Source: Promethearchaeota archaeon (GTDB lineage Archaea > Asgardarchaeota > Lokiarchaeia > Sigyniarchaeales > SOKP01). From it: a stretch of 64,000 nt of DNA. Of the stretch, positions 38,689-48,722 are shown piece by piece. The notes below the pieces were generated by a model. The model saw only the letters and a program-made list of their open reading frames with translations. It was not told where the DNA came from and ran no database searches. The stretch lies in NCBI GenBank assembly GCA_048939995.1, contig JBHLOY010000002.1, positions 64,001-128,000 on the forward strand. Direction: 5' to 3'. Position 1 is the stretch's first letter; every line of letters begins with the position of its first letter. Position numbers and translations under genes: made by a program.

Positions 38689-40269
38689 ATGGTTGATAAA
38701 ATCATTCCTTTTTTAATAAATGTTGGTGAAGTTCTTCCAGCTCGAAGTAAAGCTACATTGTTAGATGAAATGGCAATGGCTTTAATTGAATGTATTAATC
38801 TATATGGGAAAGTACTCAAAAGATTAGGAAAAATTAACAAGATATCCATGTGTTTTTGGCCAGTACGTTTAATTCCATTAAATGAAACGAGAGCCTGTGT
38901 ATGTAGTTATTTATTAAATAAACAGGAAAAATTAATTGTTGGAAAATTTTCCCAAATGCCACCACCTCCGGGAAACATAATAAAGGGGGCAGATCCAGAA
39001 ACCTTCTTGAATGCCCTACAATCATATAATAGTAGTTATTTAAAAAAAAGTAAATATTTTAAGAGGGGTACAGTAATTCAAGAAGCACTGTTTAACGCTA
39101 GTGAGGTTGAGTACTTCAAGAATTTTTTCCTAAACCAATATGGAGTTGGAGCTTTCGGAGAACCTTATTTCACATTAGAAGGTGGTCCTATTCCTAAAAG
39201 TATCAATCAAGCGAAAATTATTCCCGAGATTCTTGAATATGTCTCCCAAAAAGACATTAGAATTCTTGATGATTTTGGTACTGAAATTACTAAATTATGT
39301 GATGTTTGGATTCAACGAGGAGCTCAAGAAGCTGATAAAATAAGGGGGAAAAAGATTGATACAAGTGAAGAGGAAAAACAATTAGCTATATTAAACAAAG
39401 AGCTAGAAGCTGAGAAAGCTCGAAAGATAGAAACCTCTCCAGAAGAATTAGTAAAATCAGGAAAATACAAAATAAATGATAAATCTAGTGACTTCTATAA
39501 TAATAATAACGCAATTAAAAATAGTATTGATCGTCTTAGAAATGCAATAAATAAAAATGACCTCTTTGAAGTAGAAGAATCTGTAAAAGATTTAGAGATT
39601 AAATATCAGGATTTAGGTAACTCAATAAATAGATATAATACCGAACTCGCTCAATTAAGAAAAAATATCCAGAGAGAAATAGCTGATTTAGAAAAAACAA
39701 AACAGCAGAAGATAAAAGAATTAGAAAAGAAAATATCAGAAGTAAAAAGTAAAATTGATTCAAAACATAGTGAATTAAGCAGTGATTTGACTAGCGCTGA
39801 AGATATTATAGCGAAAATTAAGGTAGAAAAACAATCTTGTTTAGATAATATCGAAACTGTAAAAGATAACGAAATGACAGGAGTTCAAGATTTCTTTAGA
39901 ACCTATACAATAGAAATTAAAACTCAAAACGTGGTTGTTGGGGTTCCAATGTTTATTTTTTATTTCATTGATCCTAATACTAGGCGAACTACTGAAAGAG
40001 CCCCAATATTTCCAATCCTCATTGAGAAAGGTAAGATGCAAAGAACAAAAGCTACAGATGCTTTTAGAAATAAATTAAGAGATTTAATGAATAAAGATAA
40101 CGCAATGGTAAATCTTGTAGAAAAAGGTGGTGAGAGTGGTAATCTTATGGATATTAAAAATCTTGACACTCAACTAGAAGATGCGATTAATGATTTGAGG
40201 ATACGAAAGATCCTTGGTAAAAAGGAAGCAGAAAAAGCAAAAGAGATTATTAATAATCTTGTATGGTAA
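38689..40269 (+). CDS. Hypothetical protein with central long coiled coil between globular termini
   Basis: 526 aa. Residues ~225-395 are heptad-rich; no catalytic motif recognised. Confidence 0.75.
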   Translation: MVDKIIPFLINVGEVLPARSKATLLDEMAMALIECINLYGKVLKRLGKINKISMCFWPVRLIPLNETRACVCSYLLNKQEKLIVGKFSQMPPPPGNIIKGADPETFLNALQSYNSSYLKKSKYFKRGTVIQEALFNASEVEYFKNFFLNQYGVGAFGEPYFTLEGGPIPKSINQAKIIPEILEYVSQKDIRILDDFGTEITKLCDVWIQRGAQEADKIRGKKIDTSEEEKQLAILNKELEAEKARKIETSPEELVKSGKYKINDKSSDFYNNNNAIKNSIDRLRNAINKNDLFEVEESVKDLEIKYQDLGNSINRYNTELAQLRKNIQREIADLEKTKQQKIKELEKKISEVKSKIDSKHSELSSDLTSAEDIIAKIKVEKQSCLDNIETVKDNEMTGVQDFFRTYTIEIKTQNVVVGVPMFIFYFIDPNTRRTTERAPIFPILIEKGKMQRTKATDAFRNKLRDLMNKDNAMVNLVEKGGESGNLMDIKNLDTQLEDAINDLRIRKILGKKEAEKAKEIINNLVW

Positions 40270-40307
40270 TTCATTTTTCAAACTCTCAAATTTTTTTCAA
40301 GAAAAGT

Positions 40308-40508
40308 CTATTCACCTATGTATTCCATAGTCGTATCACAACATATAGGTATAGCCTGATAACCACATCCCTCTGTATTGCAACAACATAATAAATATCC
40401 TTCTTTTACAATCATTGATTTGTCACAACACTTAGGAACTTCCTGTTCTCTTCCACAAATCTTACAAATTAGTCTTGGTATGTCTATATCACCTAATTTT
40501 TTACTCAT
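40308..40508 (-). CDS. Small Cys-rich metal-binding protein (tandem desulforedoxin-like PxCCxxxM repeats)
   Basis: CKIC...PKCCDKSM...CCC...C...PICCDTTM; 10 Cys in 66 aa. Confidence 0.7.
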   Translation of the reverse strand: MSKKLGDIDIPRLICKICGREQEVPKCCDKSMIVKEGYLLCCCNTEGCGYQAIPICCDTTMEYIGE

Positions 40509-40715
40509 AAAATAATAAAAAAAGAGCCTAATAATATGCTTCTGTTATCCAATATAAATTGTGATTTGCAACTCCCTTATGAATAAAAAATGAAAAAGCC
40601 CAAAATTTTATGAGATATTAGATTTATCAAAAATTTAAGAAAAAATTCATTTAAAACATTTCAATTATTATAAATTATATTTAGATGATTTAATAGAGAA
40701 AATTGGAGAAAATTC

Positions 40716-41966
40716 ATGGTTAATAAATTAACATTAAATAGAACTTTTCAGTTATATGAGGAAGCATTGAAATTAATCCCTGGAGCCATCTTAGGCATTC
40801 GTAGACCTTATAATTTTGTTGTAGGAGAATATCCGATATTCTTTGACACTGCCAAGGGAGGAAATGTGATTGATGTAGATGGAAATTCTTATATTGACAT
40901 GCTTTGCGCTTATGGACCTATTATAATAGGCCATCAGGAAAAAGAAATAGATGACGCGGTAATTCAACAGATAAAAGACAAAGGTTTTTGCATGTCCCTA
41001 ACTCAACCAATACAAAATCAATTAGCTAAGAAATTGAAAAATCTCATACCCTGTTGTGAAAAAATGGTATTTACAAAAATGGGCTCTGATGCTACAACAG
41101 CAGCGATTAGAGTGGCACGTGCCTATACTAAACGTACAATAATATTACATTGTGGTTATCATGGATGGCATGACTGGTCATGTGAAGTACATGGGGTTGC
41201 CGCAGGTATTCCTGAAAAACTCTATGAAGATATTCATGAATTTGAATTCAATAATCTTGCTCAACTGGAAAAATTGTTTAAAATGTATAAGAATCAGGTT
41301 GCAGGAGTCATTCTTACCCCTATAAATACACCGGGAGGAAGAGAGGTTGAAATGCCCATAAAAGGATTCTTAGAAGCAATCAGAGAATTAACTGCTGAAA
41401 ATGGAGCGCTTTTAATTTATGACGAGATAAGAACAGGTTTTAGGGTAGATATGGGTGGCGCACAGAAAATGTTCGAGGTAATACCTGATCTAGCTGCTTT
41501 TGGAAAGGCAATGGGAAATGGATACCCTATTAGCACACTTGTAGGTAAGGAAGAATTTATGGATGTACTTGTTGAAAAGGTTTTTTTAAGCTCAACCTTT
41601 TTTCCAAATAGTCTTTCTCAGATTGCCTCGCTTAAAACTATAGAAATTTTGCAACGTGAAAACGTTTTAAAGGATATAAGTGAAAAGGGTAAATATTTTG
41701 CAAAGAGGATAAAGGAAAGTATTGAAAGATACAATATTCCTTGCAACTTTACAGGAGAACCATGGATGCCATATATTACATTCACGCCTGATCCTAAATT
41801 TCTATATCGAAAATTAAGAGAAGAGTTTTATAGACAACTTATTAGACGAAAAGTTTTCTTACAACCTTTTCACCATGGTTATATTTGCTATCGTCATTCA
41901 TATGAGGATTTAGATTTTGCTGCAGACATGATCTCAGAATCAATGGCAGAATTAAAGAAAATGTAG
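40716..41966 (+). CDS. kat: 3-aminobutyryl-CoA aminotransferase (class III PLP)
   Basis: Class III motifs DEIRTGFR and FGKAMGNG. The distinctive GIRRPYNFVxGEYPIFF, FLSSTFFPNS and QPFHHGYICYRH segments match, as I recall it, Kat of Ca. Cloacimonas acidaminovorans. Clustered with kce/kdd. Confidence 0.85.
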   Translation: MVNKLTLNRTFQLYEEALKLIPGAILGIRRPYNFVVGEYPIFFDTAKGGNVIDVDGNSYIDMLCAYGPIIIGHQEKEIDDAVIQQIKDKGFCMSLTQPIQNQLAKKLKNLIPCCEKMVFTKMGSDATTAAIRVARAYTKRTIILHCGYHGWHDWSCEVHGVAAGIPEKLYEDIHEFEFNNLAQLEKLFKMYKNQVAGVILTPINTPGGREVEMPIKGFLEAIRELTAENGALLIYDEIRTGFRVDMGGAQKMFEVIPDLAAFGKAMGNGYPISTLVGKEEFMDVLVEKVFLSSTFFPNSLSQIASLKTIEILQRENVLKDISEKGKYFAKRIKESIERYNIPCNFTGEPWMPYITFTPDPKFLYRKLREEFYRQLIRRKVFLQPFHHGYICYRHSYEDLDFAADMISESMAELKKM

Positions 41967-42548
41967 GATTAAAGACATAATTGAAGTAGTTACAAAACCA
42001 ATAGTAGAAAAAGAGCTAATAATAGTTATTTTAAATTTAGAATATTTTTTCTTATAGGTAGTATCTAATTCTTCTTCTTTAATTGGAAAAGAGCTATCAG
42101 GGTTCCAAATCTCATCCATCCTAAAGCCTATAGCTCCAGAAGTTGGAGGTCCAACACTCAAATTATACATACGCACTGTAGAATGATCATAATATGGGAG
42201 CCTTGAATCTTTTGAGACTTTCATCCGATTGTAAATCTGACCAGAACTAGGACCTTTGAGGATTAGAGACGTCAGAAAGATTATTTCTGGTATCAGGATT
42301 ATTAAAGTTAAAGGAAGCACGATTGAAACAACAATACTACTAATTATAATTCCAGAATAAAAATAAAAAAAATAATTAATCTTAACTAAAATAGTGTAAA
42401 ATGTTCCTAAAACAAGACAGCTTACTGTAATTGCCTCAATTATAGTTAACAGAAAATTTTGGTGTGAAATAACTAAAAAGTAACCAAATATGACAATATG
42501 AATTGTTGTTAATATGAAAGTAAAAATTTTTTTTAAACTATTATTGAT
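41952..42548 (-). CDS. Membrane protein (paralog B); start inferred at ATC 42548
   Basis: Homology to the upstream paralog (H.V.F..F..ISHQNFLLTI.E) extends far upstream of the track start at 42320. Also shares LPYYD and MDE.WNPDS. Overlaps the kat 3' end by 15 nt. Confidence 0.7.
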   Translation of the reverse strand: MNNSLKKIFTFILTTIHIVIFGYFLVISHQNFLLTIIEAITVSCLVLGTFYTILVKINYFFYFYSGIIISSIVVSIVLPLTLIILIPEIIFLTSLILKGPSSGQIYNRMKVSKDSRLPYYDHSTVRMYNLSVGPPTSGAIGFRMDEIWNPDSSFPIKEEELDTTYKKKYSKFKITIISSFSTIGFVTTSIMSLILHFL

Positions 42549-42574
42549 TCTTTGTACACCTGATGTTATTTTAA

Positions 42575-43183
42575 TTAAAATTTAAAATATATTATTAATG
42601 ATTCTATCGAACAAATTGAAAATCCTATGGTACAAATAAGGCTAATCATAGTTACTTTCAACTTGGAATACTTTTTCTTAATTGATATCACCTTTTCTTC
42701 ATCATCAATCGGTTTAGTACTATCTGGATTCCACACTTCATCCATTTTCACTCCTGGATATCCTGGTGCCATACCATACATACGTGTGACAGCTAGATCA
42801 TAATAAGGTAAATGTTGTTGTTTTGAAGCTTTCATTCTAGCATACCTCTGTCCTGGACTTGGACCTCTAAGAGTTAAAAGATATAGAAAAACTAGTTCTG
42901 GAATAAGTAATACTAAACTTATAGGAAGTAAGAAAGCAACAATTATAGCAGCAATTACTATTCCAATATAAAAATAAAAATAGTATGGATTCTTAACTAA
43001 GAAGGCATAAAATGCTCCAGAAACAAGAAAAAATAAAAAAACGGACTCAAAAATTGTTAATAAAAAATTCTGATGAGAAATAATTATAAAAAAGACAAAG
43101 AAAACAACATGCATCCCAATCAAAGTGAAAAAAGCAATAGTTTTAAGTAGTGAGATTTTATATTTTTTGTTTTGAGCCCTTAT
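42575..43183 (-). CDS. Membrane protein (paralog A); start inferred at ATA 43183 (track: TTG 43123)
   Basis: SD AGGTGA at 43195-43190 precedes in-frame ATA ATA. Several TMs; GPS.GQ.Y.RMK and LPYYD motifs. Confidence 0.7.
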   Translation of the reverse strand: MRAQNKKYKISLLKTIAFFTLIGMHVVFFVFFIIISHQNFLLTIFESVFLFFLVSGAFYAFLVKNPYYFYFYIGIVIAAIIVAFLLPISLVLLIPELVFLYLLTLRGPSPGQRYARMKASKQQHLPYYDLAVTRMYGMAPGYPGVKMDEVWNPDSTKPIDDEEKVISIKKKYSKLKVTMISLICTIGFSICSIESLIIYFKF

Positions 43184-43316
43184 TATGACTCACCTTTTCT
43201 TTTTATATAATATATTTATATATAGAATAATATATATAACTAATCTCTACCATATAATAATATAGATAAGGATATATAAAAACTTTTCTAAATAATTAAT
43301 AATATTTGTATTTAGT

Positions 43317-44138
43317 ATGGAAAAATTAATTATTACGGCAGCAATATGTGGCGCAGAAGTCACAAAAGATCAAAATCCAAATATACCCTATTCAGTAAAA
43401 GAAATAGGAATAGAGGCGGAACAAGCTTTTCTGGCTGGAGCTAGTATTATTCATTTGCATGTACGAGAAGACGACGGAACCCCTACCCAGTCTAAGGATA
43501 GGTTTAAAGTTTGTATTAATGAAATTAAAAGAAGATGTCCCGATGTAATTATCATGCCTTCCACTGGAGGAGCTTTAGGTATGAATAATGAAGAGAGAAT
43601 TCAACCAATAATTCTTGAAAATATTGAAATGGCAAGTTTGGATTGTGGTTCTATGAATTTTGGTGGAGATGAGATTTTTGTTAATACTGAAAACACAATA
43701 AAATATTTTGCGACTGAGATGAAAAAGAAAAATATTAAACCCGAATTAGAATGTTTTGATAAAAGCATGATAGATATGGCTTTAAAGCTACGTGATGAAG
43801 GTTATATAAATAATCCAATGCATTTTAATTTAGTTTTAGGGGTAAATGGTGGTATTAAAGCTTCGCCGAGAGATCTAGTTTTTTTAATTGATAGTTTGCC
43901 TTTGGATTCAACATATACAGTAACAGGAATAGGTAAACATGAATTTCCAATGGCTATAATTAGTTTAACTATGGATGGTCATGTCCGAGTAGGTTTTGAA
44001 GATAATATATATATTTCCAGAGGTAAGCTAGCTGAATCTAATGCCCAGTTAGTCGAAAAGGTCGTAAGAATTGCTAATGAGCTTGGTAGAGATATTGCAT
44101 CTCCTTATGATGCCAGAAAAATTTTAGGAATATCTTAA
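43317..44138 (+). CDS. kce: 3-keto-5-aminohexanoate cleavage enzyme
   Basis: IIHLHVR, STGGA, ELECFD, GHVRVGFEDN (DUF849/BKACE family); lysine-cluster context. Confidence 0.93.
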   Translation: MEKLIITAAICGAEVTKDQNPNIPYSVKEIGIEAEQAFLAGASIIHLHVREDDGTPTQSKDRFKVCINEIKRRCPDVIIMPSTGGALGMNNEERIQPIILENIEMASLDCGSMNFGGDEIFVNTENTIKYFATEMKKKNIKPELECFDKSMIDMALKLRDEGYINNPMHFNLVLGVNGGIKASPRDLVFLIDSLPLDSTYTVTGIGKHEFPMAIISLTMDGHVRVGFEDNIYISRGKLAESNAQLVEKVVRIANELGRDIASPYDARKILGIS

Positions 44139-44223
44139 TTCAATTTAAAATTAAATAACGTGACTTCAATGTATAAATGATTAGCTAAATATTATGATTT
44201 ACTCATAAAAAGAAGTGTGAAAA

Positions 44224-45264
44224 ATGAAAAAGGGAAATAAATATGGAATACATAGAGTTATTGAACCGGTTGATTCTTTACCCCAAGCTGCAAATAAGCT
44301 ATCTAATGATATGGAATTATTTGACAATGAAATTTTAATAGATGTAAATTATTTAAATATTGATGCTGCTAGCTTTAAACAGATAAAGCATATTGCTAAT
44401 GATGATGTAGCAGTTATTGAAGAAATAATATTAGAAATTGTCCAAGAAAAAGGAAAGATGCAAAATCCTGTTACTGGTTCGGGAGGGATGCTGATTGGAA
44501 GAGTTAAAGAAATTGGAGAGGCTCTTAAAGATAAAGTTGACTTGAAAGTTGGAGATAAAATTGCTTCATTAGTCTCTCTTTCACTGACACCTCTTAAAAT
44601 AGATAAAATCATTAATATATATCCAGAAACTGATCGTGTTGATATTGAAGGGAAGGCAATATTATTTGAAAGCGGAATTTACGCTAAACTTCCAGAAGAT
44701 ATGAAAGATACATTAGCATTAGCAGTACTAGATGTTGCAGGTGCTCCAGCTCAAGTAAAAAAATTAGTAAGGGAAGGTGATACTGTGCTAATTCTTGGTG
44801 CGACTGGAAAATCTGGTCTTTTATGCTCATATGTAGCCAAAAAGATGGTCGGAAAAGAAGGAAAAGTAATAGGTCAAGCAAGAAATAAAGCAAGAGCAGG
44901 ATTTCTTACAGTAACAGAATTTTGTGATGAAATTATAATTGCAGATATCTTAAATCCCATAAATGTATTAGAAGAGATATTGAAAGTTAATAATAATCAA
45001 GAAGTAGATATCTCTTTTAATTGTTTAAGCATTGCAAATACTGAAATGTCAAGTATACTACCTGTACGAGAAGGGGGGATCGTATATTTCTTTTCTATGG
45101 CTACAAGTTTTACAAAAGCAGCTTTAGGTGCTGAAGGTATAGGAAAAGACGTTACAATGATAATCGGGAATGGTTATACAAAAGGACACGCTCAATTTGT
45201 TTTAGATCTACTCCGAGAATCTGAAGTTTTAAGAAAAATATTTGAACAAAAGTATCTAAAATAA
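44224..45264 (+). CDS. kdd: L-erythro-3,5-diaminohexanoate dehydrogenase
   Basis: YGIHRVIEP, NPVTGSGGMLIG, LVSLSLTPL, LDVAGAP, AALGAEG, GNGY. Confidence 0.93.
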   Translation: MKKGNKYGIHRVIEPVDSLPQAANKLSNDMELFDNEILIDVNYLNIDAASFKQIKHIANDDVAVIEEIILEIVQEKGKMQNPVTGSGGMLIGRVKEIGEALKDKVDLKVGDKIASLVSLSLTPLKIDKIINIYPETDRVDIEGKAILFESGIYAKLPEDMKDTLALAVLDVAGAPAQVKKLVREGDTVLILGATGKSGLLCSYVAKKMVGKEGKVIGQARNKARAGFLTVTEFCDEIIIADILNPINVLEEILKVNNNQEVDISFNCLSIANTEMSSILPVREGGIVYFFSMATSFTKAALGAEGIGKDVTMIIGNGYTKGHAQFVLDLLRESEVLRKIFEQKYLK

Positions 45265-45369
45265 AAAATTGAAACAATTAAACATTTTGAATAAAAAAAT
45301 AAAAAAAGATGAAGCGAAATCTAAATCCTAATCAAAAAGATTCAGATACAAATTAATTTAGATTTTTAA

Positions 45370-46377
45370 CTAATATTCTTCATCAAGATTTACAATATTT
45401 AAAGGTTTTTCCCCTTGGATAAACCTAATCACATTATTGAGGAAAGGTTTAAGATCCGTCATTAAAGCATCTGATTGCCAAGCTCTATGAGCTGTCATAA
45501 CTACATTCCTTAACTCATGAAATGGAAATTTAGAGGGATAACATGGCATTGGATCTTGCTTTTTTGCCCCTCTTACCTCTGGATAGTTGTACCATACATC
45601 TAATGCTGCTCCTCTAATTCGTTTATCTTTAAGTGCTGTATATAATTCTCGTTCATTTATAGTATCACCACGACCTACATTAACAATTATTACAGATTCC
45701 TTCATAGCACCAAATTCAAGAGCATCAAGAAAACTTACGGTACTTTTTGTCAAAGGAAGAGTATTAATAATGATATCAGCCTGTCTTATGGCTAGTAGTT
45801 TCTGATCTGGTGTGTAAATCTCAACATAAGGATCTTTACATGATTTTGTTCTTTTCACTGCAATATATTTCATATTTAATGGTTCACATAACTTTTTAAA
45901 GGTTTGTGCTATATTTCCATAGCCCAGAAATAAAATTGTTTTCCCAAATAGGGTTATAGCTGGAAACTGGGTATAGTCCCAATTACCTTCTCTTAAAAGT
46001 TGATCATTTGTAATCAATTCTTTAGAAATTGATAGTAAAAGAGCAAAACCATATTCTGCAATAATTTTAGAATGTGTATGTGAATTACACAGGAGAATAT
46101 TATTTTTCCTATAAAATGGAAAATAATAATCTTCCAAACCTGTAGCATAAGTTTGATGCATTTTTAGATTCTTATATAAATCAAATTCAGTTTCCTCAAT
46201 CTTTGGGCCAATAAGAACATCGATATCTTTGATAATTTGTACCTTCTCACTGCTATTAATCTCATCATAAAAAACTACATCTACATTTGGTCCTAATGAT
46301 TGTCTAATATTAGTTTTAATATCCTCTCTTGAAAGAAGGTTTACTAACTCTAATCTTGGCTTAATCAGAACTTTCAT
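45370..46377 (-). CDS. D-2-hydroxyacid dehydrogenase family protein
   Basis: GYGNIA, NVGRG, AALDVW, MTAHRA. Confidence 0.88.
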   Translation of the reverse strand: MKVLIKPRLELVNLLSREDIKTNIRQSLGPNVDVVFYDEINSSEKVQIIKDIDVLIGPKIEETEFDLYKNLKMHQTYATGLEDYYFPFYRKNNILLCNSHTHSKIIAEYGFALLLSISKELITNDQLLREGNWDYTQFPAITLFGKTILFLGYGNIAQTFKKLCEPLNMKYIAVKRTKSCKDPYVEIYTPDQKLLAIRQADIIINTLPLTKSTVSFLDALEFGAMKESVIIVNVGRGDTINERELYTALKDKRIRGAALDVWYNYPEVRGAKKQDPMPCYPSKFPFHELRNVVMTAHRAWQSDALMTDLKPFLNNVIRFIQGEKPLNIVNLDEEY

Positions 46378-46447
46378 AGTTATATTTATACATGAATTTT
46401 AAAAAAAATTTAGTGTAAAACATTGAAATAATACATTTAAGTAAAAA

Positions 46448-47254
46448 TTAACTCTTTTTTTCCTCTTCTTTTTTTTGAGAATCATATTCTTGTAATTTTT
46501 TTGTGAAAAAATCGGTTAAAACGCCTTCTAATTCCGAGGGTGCAAGTAAACGACCTTTTTCAGACACTGCTTTCCTTAAATGTTCTTGAAATTCCGATAC
46601 TGATGTATCATCGGATTTTTGGTTTATATCATATTTCTCAATGTAATCAGGACCAGTTGCCAATTTTTTAGATTCTTCTGCTATATTTAAGCCTGGTTTA
46701 AGTATTTTAGCTTTTACAGCACAATCTAATGCTTCTTGTTCTCGTCCAAGTCTCATTAAAGCTATACCTTTATTATACCATAATTCATATGATTGTGGAT
46801 GAAATTCTAGTTCTTTATTAACAATTTTCAGCGCCTCGTCTGATCGTCCAGTTGAAATAAGGAGCATTGATTTTAGAGTACATGCTTTAATGCTTCTAGG
46901 ATTTTGTTCTAAATATAAGTTAATTATTTTTTCAGCTCCACTTATATCTCCTTTATTGGATAATAAATAAAACTCCTTAAAAACCCGTTCTTCATTACCT
47001 TTATCTTTAGGTTCTTCTAGATTACTTATTTGAGAAGGTACAGTTTTACGAATGACAGATTTTCGTAATAACTCTAAGATAATTACAATAGGGATGCATA
47101 TCCCTAAAATTATCAAAATGACTAAAAAAAGTTCAAAACCGAATATAAAAATACCAAAAGCTGCATAACCAATCAAAAGAATAAAGTCAATTATTATAAT
47201 ATAGGCAAGAATACGAATAATATTTTCTAAAATTTTAATATCCATAATATACAC
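46448..47254 (-). CDS. Membrane-anchored TPR protein
   Basis: Two N-terminal TMs and TPR-like repeats (LWYNKGIALMRLGREQEALDC). Confidence 0.75.
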   Translation of the reverse strand: MYIMDIKILENIIRILAYIIIIDFILLIGYAAFGIFIFGFELFLVILIILGICIPIVIILELLRKSVIRKTVPSQISNLEEPKDKGNEERVFKEFYLLSNKGDISGAEKIINLYLEQNPRSIKACTLKSMLLISTGRSDEALKIVNKELEFHPQSYELWYNKGIALMRLGREQEALDCAVKAKILKPGLNIAEESKKLATGPDYIEKYDINQKSDDTSVSEFQEHLRKAVSEKGRLLAPSELEGVLTDFFTKKLQEYDSQKKEEEKKS

Positions 47255-47426
47255 GTTTTTGTCTTATTGATTAAGTAACGATTTTGTTCTTTCACTTTAA
47301 AAATCTTATGCATAAAACTCGGGTTAAAAATTCACTAATTAAAACTTCAAAAATTGCAAAAATTATTTGAACAAACATATTTTTAATAAATTGTTAAGTA
47401 AAAGAAAAAATTTAGAAATAAAAATC

Positions 47427-48665
47427 ATGAAAGTCAATAGAAGAAACGAATTATTTGGTGATATAAATGATAAGGAATGGTGTGATTGGCGATGGCAAGT
47501 CAAAAATAGGATTACTACGATAGAACAACTCAAGAAATATATTACATTAACTAAAGAAGAAGATGATCCCAGAATCTTACAAGAGTATAGGATGGCAATT
47601 ACTCCTTATTACTTATCTTTAATTGATCCTAACGATCCCTATGATCCTATTAGAAAACAAGCTATCCCAACAATTTATGAGTTAGAAAGATATGTTGGGG
47701 ATCTTAAGGACCCTTTAAGCGAAGACGTTGATTCTCCTGTTGAAGGATTAACACATCGTTATCCTGATCGAGTATTATTCTTAGTTACTGAAAATTGCTC
47801 AATGTATTGTAGACATTGTACTCGGAGAAGATTTGCAGGCCATCATGATAAAGCACCTCCACAATCACAAATAGATGCATGTATAGAATATATCCAAAAA
47901 ACACCTTCAGTTAGGGATGTGTTATTATCCGGAGGCGATGCCCTTTTAATGTCTGATGAAAAACTAGAGCAAATTCTAAAAAGGTTAAAAAAAATCCCTC
48001 ATGTAGAGATAATTCGTGTAGGATCTAGAGCACCAGTAACAAATCCATACCGCATTACTCCAGAATTGTGTGAAATTTTAAGAAGAAATCATCCTATTTG
48101 GTTTAATACACATTTCAACCATCCTAATGAAATTACAGAAGATTCTACAAGAGCTTGTGAAATGCTTGCTGATGCTGGGATACCCCTTGGAAATCAATCT
48201 GTCTTATTGAGAGGAATAAATGATTGTATTCATATTATGAAAAGATTAGTCCAAGAATTAGTAAGGATTAGAGTCAGGCCATACTACATATACCAGTGTG
48301 ATCTTTCAATGGGATTAGGACATTTTAGGACAAGTGTTGCACAGGGAATTGAAATAATTGAAGGTTTAAGAGGACACACCTCTGGTCTTTGTGTCCCTAC
48401 ATTTGTAGTAGATGCCCCTGGAGGGGGTGGGAAAATACCTGTTATGCCAGATTACACAATTTCTCAAGGACACAAACGAGTAGTTTTAAGAAACTTTGAA
48501 GGTGTGATTACAACTTATGATGAGCCTGTAGATTATCATCCTAATTGTCATTGCGAAGATTGTGAAAAGCAAATTGGAGTTAGTGCTTTATTAAGTGGTC
48601 AAAAAAGGACAATTGAGCCGGGAGATTTGATGAGAAAGTTAAGACGGAAAAAACTCACTAAATAA
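47427..48665 (+). CDS. kamA: Lysine 2,3-aminomutase (radical SAM/PLP)
   Basis: [41 protein letters not shown] and a C-terminal Cys cluster CHCEDC. ATG at 47427 preferred over the track TTG. Confidence 0.95.
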   Translation: MKVNRRNELFGDINDKEWCDWRWQVKNRITTIEQLKKYITLTKEEDDPRILQEYRMAITPYYLSLIDPNDPYDPIRKQAIPTIYELERYVGDLKDPLSEDVDSPVEGLTHRYPDRVLFLVTENCSMYCRHCTRRRFAGHHDKAPPQSQIDACIEYIQKTPSVRDVLLSGGDALLMSDEKLEQILKRLKKIPHVEIIRVGSRAPVTNPYRITPELCEILRRNHPIWFNTHFNHPNEITEDSTRACEMLADAGIPLGNQSVLLRGINDCIHIMKRLVQELVRIRVRPYYIYQCDLSMGLGHFRTSVAQGIEIIEGLRGHTSGLCVPTFVVDAPGGGGKIPVMPDYTISQGHKRVVLRNFEGVITTYDEPVDYHPNCHCEDCEKQIGVSALLSGQKRTIEPGDLMRKLRRKKLTK

Positions 48666-48722
48666 TTCTAAAATAAGAAAAGTTTATTTTAAATTTTTAT
48701 ATCTAATAGTTTTGGCGAGAAT

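Noticed and set aside
40716-41966. Glutamate-1-semialdehyde aminomutase (hemL)
   Set aside because: There are no hem genes nearby, it has GIRRPYNF in place of the HemL GVNSPVRAF motif, and it sits in the lysine cluster.
47427-48665. AblA (osmolyte synthesis) or EpmB (EF-P modification)
   Set aside because: No ablB or epmA is adjacent, and the kamB/kamDE/kdd/kce context indicates catabolic KamA.
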